A DNA stretch of 248,000 bases from Rhodosorus marinus CCMP1338. Its lineage: Eukaryota; Plantae; Rhodophyta. The translations under genes were made by a program, and so were the position numbers. The notes under the pieces were generated by a model. That model was not told the origin of the DNA. It made no database searches and saw nothing but the letters and a program-made list of their open reading frames with translations. The stretch covers positions 1,260,001 to 1,508,000 of the forward strand of contig JAMWBK010000001.1 in NCBI GenBank assembly GCA_029953675.1, read 5' to 3'. Below are positions 49,669 through 60,175 of this stretch, one piece after another (position 1 is the first letter of the stretch; the number at the start of each line of letters is the position of its first letter).

Positions 49669-50643
49669 ATGATGGGCGGAAAAGTGATCTTTCTTCTACT
49701 CCTGGTGGTCATCACTATCGGTGTGGCACAAGACACATGTGCTTCATTTCAACTTCCTGTACCCACAACGGTTAGACCAAACGGCGACCCATCCACTTCT
49801 ACCAAGCGGGCCTTTTGGGGCGATAAATACTGCCGGAAGTTGACGGTGCCGGAGCTGGATGGAAGCGTGCCGGTAGTCTGTGTGAACACTAAGATGATCG
49901 ACGAAGACACGACCTGCCTAAAGATGAGGCTGCGAAACGTTAACCGGTCCCTGGTGAAGTCCCTCAAGATTGGCGTGCACCCAGATTGCAGTATGGTTCC
50001 TCCTGTTGGTGGGAACCCGAGGAGGTTCCAGAGCCAGAGACTTGGAAAGAATTTAGGCGCTGGTCAAGTCATAAAGTCAGTGAAGCTCTGTTTCGACAAA
50101 GTCCCAGCGACACAACCGTGCTGTCGGACAACTCGGTGTTTGGTGATGGAAGCAACTATTGAGGTCGATGGAGTGGACACGACAGTAGAAATCGATGACC
50201 CTAGATGTGGCGAGGAACCGACGTGTCCATACTACATCGGCTGTCCAAACGTGATCGACGAAGAGTCAGACACGAGAAGGGGTGTTAAATACTTTTATGG
50301 CACAGTTTCCGACGATGTAATACTTCTACCTGATGTCCCGAACACGGCGACCTATACCTACGACGGTAGAGACGTAGTACTTGGCGGCAACGGAAACGAT
50401 GTTGTGTTCGCCGGAGAAGGAGAGAATATTATGAAAGGGGGCTTGGGCGACGACCAGTTTTTTGCCAATGAGGACGGAGTAAACAGAGTTTACCTCGGTG
50501 GCGGCATTGATGCATTTGGCCCCTTCCTTGACGGTGGTGCAACTCCAGACTACTATTATGGAGGCCAGGGGAATGACTATTACTTCTCTTACAATCTGGA
50601 TTACAACGATGTTGTCCAAAGTTTTGATGGCCCCATCTCGTAA
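49669..50643 (+). CDS. Secreted Cys-rich-domain + RTX (GGxGxD) repeat protein, subfamily 1 copy 1
   Basis: Signal peptide; GGNGNDVVF, GGLGDDQFF, GGGIDAF, GGQGNDYYF. Confidence 0.8.
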   Translation: MMGGKVIFLLLLVVITIGVAQDTCASFQLPVPTTVRPNGDPSTSTKRAFWGDKYCRKLTVPELDGSVPVVCVNTKMIDEDTTCLKMRLRNVNRSLVKSLKIGVHPDCSMVPPVGGNPRRFQSQRLGKNLGAGQVIKSVKLCFDKVPATQPCCRTTRCLVMEATIEVDGVDTTVEIDDPRCGEEPTCPYYIGCPNVIDEESDTRRGVKYFYGTVSDDVILLPDVPNTATYTYDGRDVVLGGNGNDVVFAGEGENIMKGGLGDDQFFANEDGVNRVYLGGGIDAFGPFLDGGATPDYYYGGQGNDYYFSYNLDYNDVVQSFDGPIS

Positions 50644-51523
50644 CCCCAGACTAACGTAACCCCATCTCGTCGTAGATGGGTAGGAGGAGGTTATTGTTCT
50701 CAGAGGTTTAGTGTAAACCACGGAATGTGTCCCTTACGAAAACTAAAACAAGGGGAGAAGGTAGAGGACCTCCCTCAATGAGATATCAGAAAAGCCCCTA
50801 ATCGCAAAAAGTTTTTGAGCAGACGATTCAGGTGCTATCGCATTGACCGCCAGCTAACCATTACAGCTCCAGAGAATCCTATTGATTCCTTTGCCGCTGC
50901 GGACCTCAAAGCGTCTTTTCTGCGTGCCTTCGGCGGCTTCCACCTGTTCCCCGCCGTCCACACGCTGCTTAAAGCATAGAAGAGAACACTCGACAATTTT
51001 GAGGGAGCCACAAAGCAAAGCAAAAAGGCAGAAACTGATATGGCAGATTGTGGGCGCCCCAGATAAACGCTTACATCCGTGATTGTCGGGATGACACCCC
51101 AGACTTAAGTAAAAACGCCTCCCTTTGTGTCGACGAAATCTGTTGGAACGGTCTCGCGGTCAGCGGTGACCGAACGCTCTCAGCATGTAGAAGGATGATT
51201 CGCACATCGTCATGCATACGGTAGGACCGATGTGAGAACGGTATACGGTAGAAAAACCTTATAGGGGTTCAAACGTTTGAAATAGTTTGAACGGTACAAG
51301 GCATCGACTATCACCACAATATAGTAGGTTACTTAAGTGCGAGATATCGACCCCAAGGGTCAGGGAAACAATAAAGAAACCATCGAAGTTTGGCTGACGG
51401 GACTTTGGTCAAGGTTGGGAATCCTCGAAAATTCCAACATGGTCTCATCGCTTGGTGCGATTTTGTAAGAACTGCTTGGTGCGTTTTTACGGGAATAGGG
51501 ATTGCCCGTGGTGTTGCCTCAGG

Positions 51524-52372
51524 ATGGCGGCGAGGGGGAGTGTTGCAGAACATGACGCGCGCTTGAAGGATTTCGCGCTACCGTCAGTGTTCACCGGGGA
51601 TCAGGATTCCTTCCGATCCTTCCGGAATTGGAGACACCAGGTAGAGTGCTACCTGACCGTCAAAGGTCTTAGGGATGTAATCGACAACCCGATAGACGCG
51701 ACGGAAGCGGAGAGACAGTATGTCTCTGCGGTGTTCCCCAGAGTGCTGGATGGGCCGGCGCTGGACACTGCCTTTGCCTCTTCGAGAGAGGCAGCGCCAG
51801 AGCAGGTATCGGCGGCGCTTCGGGCTAGATATGAGCCCTCCTCCCGCGAGACGGCTGACAGCGTATGGGGCAAGGTGTATCGGCGCGAGATGCACACCAA
51901 CGAGTCGTCACGCTCTCTGGTGAACTGGCTACAAACCCAGTTTGCAGAGATCAGGGAGATAGCGGGCGTGGCACCCACGGATGAAGAAAAACGTCGGGTC
52001 CTCCGGAAGACTTTGGAGGTGAGGGGCGACGAGCATGCGGAGTTCCTGTTCTATGCCGCGAAGGACAAAACTCTAGGCTGGACAGATTTCTGTAACGACT
52101 CCGAGGAGCTGGACCGACTTCGAGGGTCCAAGCAAATCAAGTCCAAAACGGATTCCCTCACGCACCACGTCACAACGGTGCTGAAGAAGAAGAAGAAGAA
52201 GACCCCCAGGGGATTTCTGTGTTACGGGTGCAAGAAACCCGGACACATCCGAGCCAGCTGTCCTGAAGAGCAGGACAAGGAGGAAAATAGGTCGGAAACG
52301 CGAAGATTCCGCACCGGAATGATAGAGAACAGAGCTCCAGAGTGGTCCAAAGTGCGAGGGCTGCTAGGGTGA
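51524..52372 (+). CDS. Copia gag
   Basis: FRNWRHQVECYL; zinc knuckle CYGCKKPGHIRASC. Confidence 0.8.
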   Translation: MAARGSVAEHDARLKDFALPSVFTGDQDSFRSFRNWRHQVECYLTVKGLRDVIDNPIDATEAERQYVSAVFPRVLDGPALDTAFASSREAAPEQVSAALRARYEPSSRETADSVWGKVYRREMHTNESSRSLVNWLQTQFAEIREIAGVAPTDEEKRRVLRKTLEVRGDEHAEFLFYAAKDKTLGWTDFCNDSEELDRLRGSKQIKSKTDSLTHHVTTVLKKKKKKTPRGFLCYGCKKPGHIRASCPEEQDKEENRSETRRFRTGMIENRAPEWSKVRGLLG

Positions 52373-53340
52373 AGGGAACACAGCATGTTTCAGAAGAGCT
52401 CTTGACAAAGAAGGAGGATTTGTCAAAGTGGGTTGCGGATAAGGAGAAGCAACAACCGATTACCGATCGGAAGTCTAACCTGGAGAATGCCCAGAGGAGA
52501 GACGATGAAGCTGAGGCTTTGCTGGAGAAAGCGGAAAAGGCAATTAGCGAGCTGCAGAGTGAACTTGAGCAGGTTTCTGCGGAGAAGAACCTGAAAGTTG
52601 AGATGCAGTTGGAAGAGTCCTTGGGGAGGGAGACAATCCAGGGTAGAGAGATCGCGAGACGCTTCGGGCGGAGCCGGATGAGAGCCCGGGTAGATTCGAT
52701 GATTGAAAAGCTGAAGTCACTACACAACGATCTTAATCCAGCGAATGCAAAGAAAAGGTCTTTAGAAAGTGATCTGAGAATGGCACAGTTTCGATGTGGG
52801 GGGATAGAACGGGAAAAGATCTCGCGTGAACACGAGCTCGAAAGCTCGAGAAAGGAGCTTGAAAGAGAGCTAGCAAGTGTGCGAGAAGCTTTTAACAGAT
52901 CAGAGAAAGAGAGCAAATCTTGTGAAGGGGAGCTTAACAGGAATAGAGCGAACAACAAGATACACGAAGACATGATTACGCAGCTGGGGTTGGCACTTGA
53001 GAACTCGCGACGGGACAGTGCTCGGAGTACTGAAGAACTGAAACGAGTTCTTCATAGCTTGGAACGCGACGAGAAAACGGAGAGACAGCTGAAGTACGAT
53101 CTGTCAGGATTAACGGAAGAGCTGCGAAGCGTCGAGAAAAGAGTCGATGAACCTGCACGTAGTATTGGCGAGCAGCAGAGCACAGCTGACAATCTTTCGC
53201 AGAGGATTTTGGATCTGGAAAACGCATTGCAGACAGGTAATGATGGGCTTACGCAGTTGGAAGCGGAGTACAAAGATTTGAAGCCGAAGCCTGCGGATCG
53301 GAAGCAGCAGATCCGGAACTACAAGCTAGTAAGCAAGTAG
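52342..53340 (+). CDS. Coiled-coil ORF inside the LTR element
   Basis: 332-codon E/K/L/R-rich heptad-like sequence lying between gag and the RT/RNase H remnant. Confidence 0.55.
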   Translation: MVQSARAARVKGTQHVSEELLTKKEDLSKWVADKEKQQPITDRKSNLENAQRRDDEAEALLEKAEKAISELQSELEQVSAEKNLKVEMQLEESLGRETIQGREIARRFGRSRMRARVDSMIEKLKSLHNDLNPANAKKRSLESDLRMAQFRCGGIEREKISREHELESSRKELERELASVREAFNRSEKESKSCEGELNRNRANNKIHEDMITQLGLALENSRRDSARSTEELKRVLHSLERDEKTERQLKYDLSGLTEELRSVEKRVDEPARSIGEQQSTADNLSQRILDLENALQTGNDGLTQLEAEYKDLKPKPADRKQQIRNYKLVSK

Positions 53341-53352
53341 GTTCAGAACGAA

Positions 53353-54008
53353 GTGCAGGAATCGAAAGGAAACATCCGAGTCTCCTGCATAGTGAAGCCA
53401 GGGATGCGTGAATACGAAGGGAGTTCAGGCGTTGACAAAGTATTCAACGACCTGGAGGCTAAGTTCGGAGCTCTTGGTGCAGACCTTGAAAGCGAAAAGG
53501 GAAAGGCACAAGCTCCAGAACACGAGAGAGGCGTCGGGGAGAAATCGCTGAGCACGGAAGCCGCTGACTACAAGAAACATGCGGTTTCTTTGGAGACACA
53601 GATGGTTGATGCCGAGGTCGGTGTCGCGAAGGATTTCCTGGGGGTATTAGTCGAGAGGGACAGAGAAGAGCGTGAGATAAACTTGATCCGGGAGGACTAC
53701 ACTAAGAGGGTCGTATCAAAGTTCGTGATGAAGCGCGGTCGCCCCGTAGCAACACCAATGGCCATCGAAGCAAGTACGAAGGGAGCTTCGAAGGTTATGA
53801 CACCAATACCCTGTCAGGAACTAACCGGATCCCTCCTGTACCTGCACCAGAACCCCGATGTAAGTTTTGCAGTCGTTTTGATAGCACGACAAATGGTAGC
53901 AGACCTACTGACGAAGGCCCTAACGAAGGAAAGGACGAGGGTCCTAAGGACTGACCTGGAGTGGGGTGGTAGACCGACCTTCTACTATGGCATGAGACCG
54001 AGGGGGAG
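53353..54008 (+). pseudogene. Coiled-coil tail fused to copia RT/RNase H remnant
   Basis: PCQELTGSLLYL..PDVSFAV and QMVADLLTKAL. Confidence 0.7.
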
Positions 54009-54792
54009 TGTTGGAACGGTCACGCGGTCAGCGGTGACCATACGCTCTCAGCATGTAGAAGGATGATTCGCACATCGTTATGCATACGGTAGGACCGATG
54101 TGAGAACGGTATACGGTAGAAAAACTTTATAGAGGTTCAAACGTTTGAAATAGTTTGAACGGTACAAGGCATGGATTATCACCACAGTATAGTAGGTTAC
54201 TTAAGCGAGATATCGACCCCAAGGGTCAGGGAAACAATGGATGATCCGTTCATTCAGTGGTAGTTGGCCTCTGAATAAACGGATCACCGAAACAACAAAG
54301 AAACCATCGAAGTTTGGCTGACGGGACTTTGGTCTTTGGTCGAACGAATGGTTTAATCGGAGGCTGAAAAAAAAAAAACCCGAGGGGAAAAAAAGACTAA
54401 GCGCGGCGAAGTACTCGCGCCTCCAACATCAAAGCGGCATTCATGCGCCACAGCAGGAAACTTAAGCGGGTAAACAACGATTGAAGACGGTCAGGGCGTT
54501 CGCGGAACAACTCCCGAAGCCAGCGAGAACCAACAGAGTCCATGAACCCAAAGCACTCAATGATCAGGGGTACCAAGCGATGTGCTAGTGCCGAAGCACG
54601 AACACCAGGGGAAGACAAAGCCCCCGCGTATTTGATCTCTTTGCGGCGTCTCATGCTGGCGGCGGCAGATCCACGGCGCTCCCCCGCAGCCGGGAGATAA
54701 CGACTAGCTTGAGGGTTAGGAACAGCAAGATCAACGTATGTGGTACGGGCGAGGTTGGGAATCCTCGAAAATCCTAACAAAATCAGTAAACT

Positions 54793-55085
54793 TGTTATGT
54801 CTCAAGATAGGGAACAGAATTTCTACCTCTGTTACGCCATGACGGAACAAGTGAGCCGTCAAGAGTGTAGCCCAAAACAAGGCTAATAATAGATAAGTCT
54901 AGATCTAATAATAGTACTCTAGCAAACCCAGGACATGAACCGGAAGCCTATAAATACGGAAGTTACGACCTTCCGTCTTAGGATTAGAGCTAGAGGAGGG
55001 TATCCAAGATAGATAAAAGACGAAAACAAGAAGGGAATTTCAAATTATTTTGGATCACCGACACGCGTTAATGGAGAACGTGTCA
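54793..55085 (+). mobile_element. Probable solo LTR related to the adjacent gypsy LTRs
   Basis: Shares CTAATAATAG..CTAGCA.ACCCAGG..TATAAATACG..GTTACGACCTTCC..GAGCTAGAGG..TATCCAAGATA with 55091-55390; no clean TSD seen. Confidence 0.6.
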
Positions 55086-55573
55086 ACCTCTGTGACGTCC
55101 TGACCTGACATCTGGCTAAACGTATCGGTGAGCTAAAAATAACCAGAATGGGTACAAAAACTGGTAAGGCCAAGATGGCTCGCAGCGGGCAAGATATGGT
55201 ACGGTCTTGGCTAATAATAGTAATCTAGCATACCCAGGTCATGGGTCAGAAGACTATAAATACGAGAGTTACGACCTTCCTTCCTAGAATGAGAGCTAGA
55301 GGGAGCTATCCAAGATAAGAAAAACATAAAAATAGTGGAGGTTTGGGAAAATAACTTGGATCCGGACAGTTGGAAACCTGAATCGTTACATTGGTCTCAT
55401 CGCATGTGTTGCGATTGACGGAACCTGAACCCCGAAACCAGAGGAACTCCTGAAACTTCAGAACCAGAGGAATATCCTATAACACCTTCAAAGACGACGA
55501 CCCAGAAGCAGTTAGCCTATCAACAAACGGCAATTGACCTTTTTAACCAGAGAATCAGAAAACTTGAACGAGA

Positions 55574-56347
55574 ATGGCATCTTTGATAAAGATTCAAGCA
55601 CCGCAGCCTAAGGCATACGATGGCAAGCGGGACGCGCTCGTCATAAGCACCTTCCTGAACAACCTTCGGACTTATTTCAAATTAGCCCGATTGCCCGACA
55701 ACGACGATGACTACAAAATTACTTTGGCGGAGGGTTACCTCACAGGAGACGCCTCCTACTGGTGGTCCCTCATCCCGGACGCGAAAAGACCCCTATACTA
55801 CGCCGGATTTGAGGAAGCGTTAAAATCCCAATTTTACCCGGCTGACGCGAAGATCCGCGCCAAGCAGCAATTGGCACGCGCCGTACAACGCACAACGGTC
55901 GCCGCCTATACAGCGTATTTTAACAAATGCTTGATCCAGGTTGGAGAAATATCAGACTCGGAGAAATTTGATCGCTTCGTGGAAGGGTTGCAACCAGACT
56001 TCAAGAAATATATTTACATTCAAGATATAACCACCTTCGAAGAGGCTCAGGCCCTGGCCCTTAAGATCGAAGGAGCGGACATTGCGAGTTACAGCTCAAA
56101 TTCGCGTAAGGAACAGACGCCCTACGAACAACCAAAACCGGTACCAAGGGCGACTCCTTCTGCGAGCAGACAAACCCGTTCGGGACGTCAATATCCACCA
56201 AGGACGCAAGAGCCCAACCGAAGCAAATATGCGAACATAATCTGTAACTACTGCGGCAAGACGGGCCATACCAAACGCATCTGTTGGGATAATCCTGACC
56301 GAGACATGACGGTCTCGAAATCGGCTCCGCCGCGAAGCAGCAGTTAA
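55574..56347 (+). CDS. Gypsy gag
   Basis: PKAYDGKR..FLNNL..YLTGDASYWW; CNYCGKTGHTKRIC. Confidence 0.85.
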   Translation: MASLIKIQAPQPKAYDGKRDALVISTFLNNLRTYFKLARLPDNDDDYKITLAEGYLTGDASYWWSLIPDAKRPLYYAGFEEALKSQFYPADAKIRAKQQLARAVQRTTVAAYTAYFNKCLIQVGEISDSEKFDRFVEGLQPDFKKYIYIQDITTFEEAQALALKIEGADIASYSSNSRKEQTPYEQPKPVPRATPSASRQTRSGRQYPPRTQEPNRSKYANIICNYCGKTGHTKRICWDNPDRDMTVSKSAPPRSSS

Positions 56348-57300
56348 ACGATACGCAGCAGTAACCGACGCCGCCACTGCTGCAAGAAAAGGCGTCTCGA
56401 TCCAGGGAATAATGATATGACGGTACCTGGCTTGGTGAATGGTAAGGCCGTTACACTGCTCGTCGATACAGGGAGCAGTCATTCCGTCTTGAGAGGGAGA
56501 CCGAACGTCACTCCAACAATTTCGACTCAACACGGGAAATTGGACACAGCCTACCCGGGCGCGTCAATAGAAATATTGGGCAAGGCCAAAAATGACCTTA
56601 CAACTCGGCGGTCATAGCTTCAATTGGCAACCCTATATTGTGAAGGACGCCGCAAGCCCTGGATACCTAGGAAGAGACTTTCTGAAAAGTCTTAACGCAC
56701 AATTGGATCTCCAGAACTTACTATCAGGTATCGGCAAAGGTTGTAGCTTTCCTGCTGAGTATCGCAGTGGCTTCTGTTTCTGGCAGACTTCGCAGGTTCG
56801 TAGGACGTCTTCAATATCCCGCTTTAACGTCGGCCAGTAGTATTTCCGCTTTAGTAGACTGATGGTCTTCGTGATTCCGAAATGACCACCCGTAGGTTCC
56901 GTGTGGTAGCTTTCCAAAAGTTCGGGTACCATGGAGTCTGGTATACAGATTCGGTGATGCCGGTACAGGACGTCGCCCCTTCTGATAAAACCTTGCTCCC
57001 GATACTTCGGAGGACTTTGATAGATCTCCGCAAACTCAGGGTCTTCGAGGTACGCCTGCGACCAGTCCACATCGGTCGTGATAGTGGACTCAACCATCTG
57101 TTGCACGGCATGACGACTTAACGCATCCGCAATATTCTCCTTGCCTTTTTTATACTCTATCGTAAAGGAGAAGGGCAACAGCCGGTTGACGTAACGTGCT
57201 TGCCGTTTGGTGAGTTCCTTCTGAGACCGAAGGAACCTCAGCGGGTGGTGGTCCGTCCGAACAGAAGCCACTGCGATACTCAGCAGGAAAGCTACAACCT

Positions 57301-58407
57301 TTGCCGATACCTGATAGTAAGTTCCAATCCATTTCTATGGATTTCATTACGGCCTTACCGACGACCACCGAAGGCTTTGACGCGATCCTTGTCATTGTCG
57401 ATCGGTTCTCCAAATACGCCCGTTTCCTTCCAACAACGACAACGGCGACTGCACAGACAACCGCGAAGTTATTCATGCGTCATTGGATTAGGTTCGCGGG
57501 GGTACCCGAAAATATTGTTTCGGATCGAGATTCAAAATTCACGGGGCATTTTTGGAAGGAATTAATGAGGCTGATGAAGATCCAGCAGAAACTAAGCACG
57601 GCGTATCATCCGCAAACAGACGGACAAACCGAGCGAACGAACCAGACGTTAGAGACATACCTGAGATGTAATTCAACAACCTCGACCTGGGCGACCGACC
57701 TTCCAATTGCAGAGCTAGCTTACAACTGCCAGGCTTCAGACTCAACGCAATTCTCGCCTTTCGAGTTGCTTTATGGCGCGAATCCGAGATTACCTTTTGA
57801 CATCACAGTTCCCGCCAGCGAAAATCCCTCCCGACCACTACCTGAGGCCGCCACAGTTATGATGCAACAACAACAGGACCAACGGTTGCTCGCAAAAGCT
57901 AACCTACGTTACGCCCAAGAATGTCAACGTCATTACTATGATCGAGGAAAGAAGGAGATCAGCTACGAAGTAGGAAATTATGTCCTTTTATCTACACAGA
58001 ATCTCCAACTTCCAGGTTCAAACGTTTTTCGACCCCGATATATTGGACCTTTTAAGATTCTACGAAAAATCGGAGAAGTCGCTTACAAGTTGGATCTGGG
58101 AGGAAAGCAGGACATTCACGACGTTTTCCACGTATCTCTCTCGCGGAAATTTAATGGACCTGAACCAGGAAGTACTCCTAAGACGACAGCGTTTCTACCC
58201 ACCTATTCACAAAGAGAGATTAAGTCAGTACTTGGGCATCGACTGAATGCTGCGCAGCTGGACGAATATTTCGTTTACTTCCAAGGTGAGACCACCGATG
58301 ACTTGAGATGGTTACCTTACCATCAACTACCTCAGAATCAGAATACTCGGAAGCAAATTAGATACTATGTTAACCTTCATAGAGCAGCCTCTTCAGCAAC
58401 CGGGTAG
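57301..58407 (+). CDS. Gypsy integrase core + chromodomain-like C-terminus
   Basis: SMDFITALP, VIVDRFSK, IVSDRD, STAYHPQTDGQTER, GPFKI; IKSVLGHR..YFVYFQG..W. Confidence 0.85.
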   Translation: MPIPDSKFQSISMDFITALPTTTEGFDAILVIVDRFSKYARFLPTTTTATAQTTAKLFMRHWIRFAGVPENIVSDRDSKFTGHFWKELMRLMKIQQKLSTAYHPQTDGQTERTNQTLETYLRCNSTTSTWATDLPIAELAYNCQASDSTQFSPFELLYGANPRLPFDITVPASENPSRPLPEAATVMMQQQQDQRLLAKANLRYAQECQRHYYDRGKKEISYEVGNYVLLSTQNLQLPGSNVFRPRYIGPFKILRKIGEVAYKLDLGGKQDIHDVFHVSLSRKFNGPEPGSTPKTTAFLPTYSQREIKSVLGHRLNAAQLDEYFVYFQGETTDDLRWLPYHQLPQNQNTRKQIRYYVNLHRAASSATG

Positions 58408-58899
58408 CTCTCTCTTTCAGTGGGGAGGAGTGTGACGTCCTGACCTGACATCTGGCTAAACGTGTCGGTGAGCTAAAAATAACCAGAATGGGTACAAAAA
58501 CTGGTAAGGCCAAGATGGCTCGCAGCGGGCAAGATATGGTACGGTCTTGGCTAATAATAGTAATCTAGCATACCCAGGTCATGGGTCAGAAGACTATAAA
58601 TACGAGAGATACGACCTTAATTCCTAGGATGAGAGCTAGAGGGAGGTATCCAAGATAAGAAAAACATAAAAATAGTGGAGGTTTGGGAAAATAACTTGGA
58701 TCCGGACAGTTGGAAACCTGAATCGTTACAACCTCTACCCACGCTATGACAGCCTGTCTAGTTCTGTAGAAGTAATCATGATTCATTTTTATACATCGTA
58801 AATGGCAGCTTTTTCACGCCGAGTTCTCACGCCGAGTTCTCACGCCGAATCCTTTGGGAGCCATCCCGCAAGCCTCGTGGAGTGGCCGGTTGACCAGTT

Positions 58900-60175
58900 T
58901 GGTGAGGTTAGGAGGCAAGCGCGCGAGGACCGACTCCCCCGGGTCTAAGGGGGAGAAGCACGATTAGCTCCCCGGGCACAGTTGCGAGGTCGCAGCCAAT
59001 GGACCTGCAGTCTTATGTCCTCAAGGAGGGCGGAGACTGGGGCATCTGGCGCACGCACCTGCGGAGTTGGCTCCGCCGATGGATTTCTTTGGAAGGAGGC
59101 TCCCTATCCCTCCGGAGAAGGATTCCGCCTCTTGTTCTCCCTCGAGGAGAGCTCTCCATGGCTGGGAAAATCCTGGATTTTATTTTCCAGAGTCTGGCGC
59201 GTAATCAACGGGACGTCGCTATGTGGGAATTTTGGGGGGTCTTGCCGCGCCTGATTCTGGCACCCACTCACACATCGGAGCGCAGGTGGCGCGTCCGAGA
59301 ATGACTGGCCATGTTCCTGAAGGGGGAATTTGAGTTGTTGCAGCAGAGCTACTTGGCGTCATCCGAGGCATCCGGCCGGAGGACTCGTGCTGGGCCAGCC
59401 TCGCCTAGGACGACTCAAGTGCAGAAATTGGTGGCGGTTGGCGACCTGAGCCGAGCGGCACGGGTCTTTGAGGGTCAGGTGCCTGAGTCCCCTACCACGA
59501 GAGCCTCCACCAGACCGTGTCGGCGTTCTTCCCCTCGTCCGATGTGGACTTGCTCCCCGAATTCGAGGCATTTTTAATAGGGGTAGGCCAGTCGGAATCA
59601 GGAATGACCGGAGCGGAGCGCTCGGGTCGGTTGGAGGCAGGCCCCGCGGTACTGTGCGGATCCGCGGGGACGGGCACCGGGGGGTATGGGGCAGGCGCGG
59701 AGGCGGAGAAGCGCTCCAAATAGGCGATCAGCAGGGGCAGGCGGTGTTCCTGGGAAGCAGTCACAAGAAGACTCGTCAGTTTCGAGCAGATCCCATGGGC
59801 CAACTCGTCAGCGCAGTCCGTGAGGGTGGCCGCGGTACTAAACCCGCCCACGCTGAGCTCCACGCGCGCTGAGAGAACGGCTCCGTCCGCCGGAATGGGT
59901 GGGAAAACCCCAACCATAACGATTGGAAGGTGTGAAAAACCGATTCCCCCACGAAACCCTCAAAAAGAGAACTTGTTCCCAACGTTTGTAACCAAAGAAA
60001 AACCACCACGACCTCCAAGGGGCGCTAGCAACCCCCAGCACGCACCACACCACTTGAAAATGCGGGGGAAAGGCTGCAGAAAGAAGCGCCTCCCACCGAA
60101 GAACACAATTGCGACGCAAAACCACCAAAAGCCAGCGCACCATACACCCTCACGAAACCAAAAACCGATCCAACA
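58900..60175. mobile_element. Tail-to-tail junction of an old family A fragment (+) and a family B 5' portion (-)
   Basis: MDLQSYVLKEGGDWG start on +; B ORF1 start MVGVFPP on -; junction near 59575. Confidence 0.75.

Larger units (their letters stand above)
51141..54779 (+). mobile_element. Non-autonomous Ty1/copia-like LTR element with most of pol replaced by a coiled-coil ORF
   Basis: LTRs 51141-51439 and 54009-54779 (latter interrupted by family B 54341-54748), TG..CA ends, TSD AAATC, PBS TGGTCTCATCGC, PPT GAGGGGGAG. Confidence 0.9.
55091..58730 (+). mobile_element. Ty3/gypsy (chromovirus-like) LTR element with RT deletion and internal inversion
   Basis: 300-bp LTRs 55091-55390 and 58431-58730; TSD ACCTC; PBS TGGTCTCATCGC; protease LLVDTGSS. 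Confidence 0.92.

Noticed and set aside
52170-52973. 267-aa Ser/Leu-rich minus-strand ORF
   Set aside because: Antisense of the coiled-coil ORF
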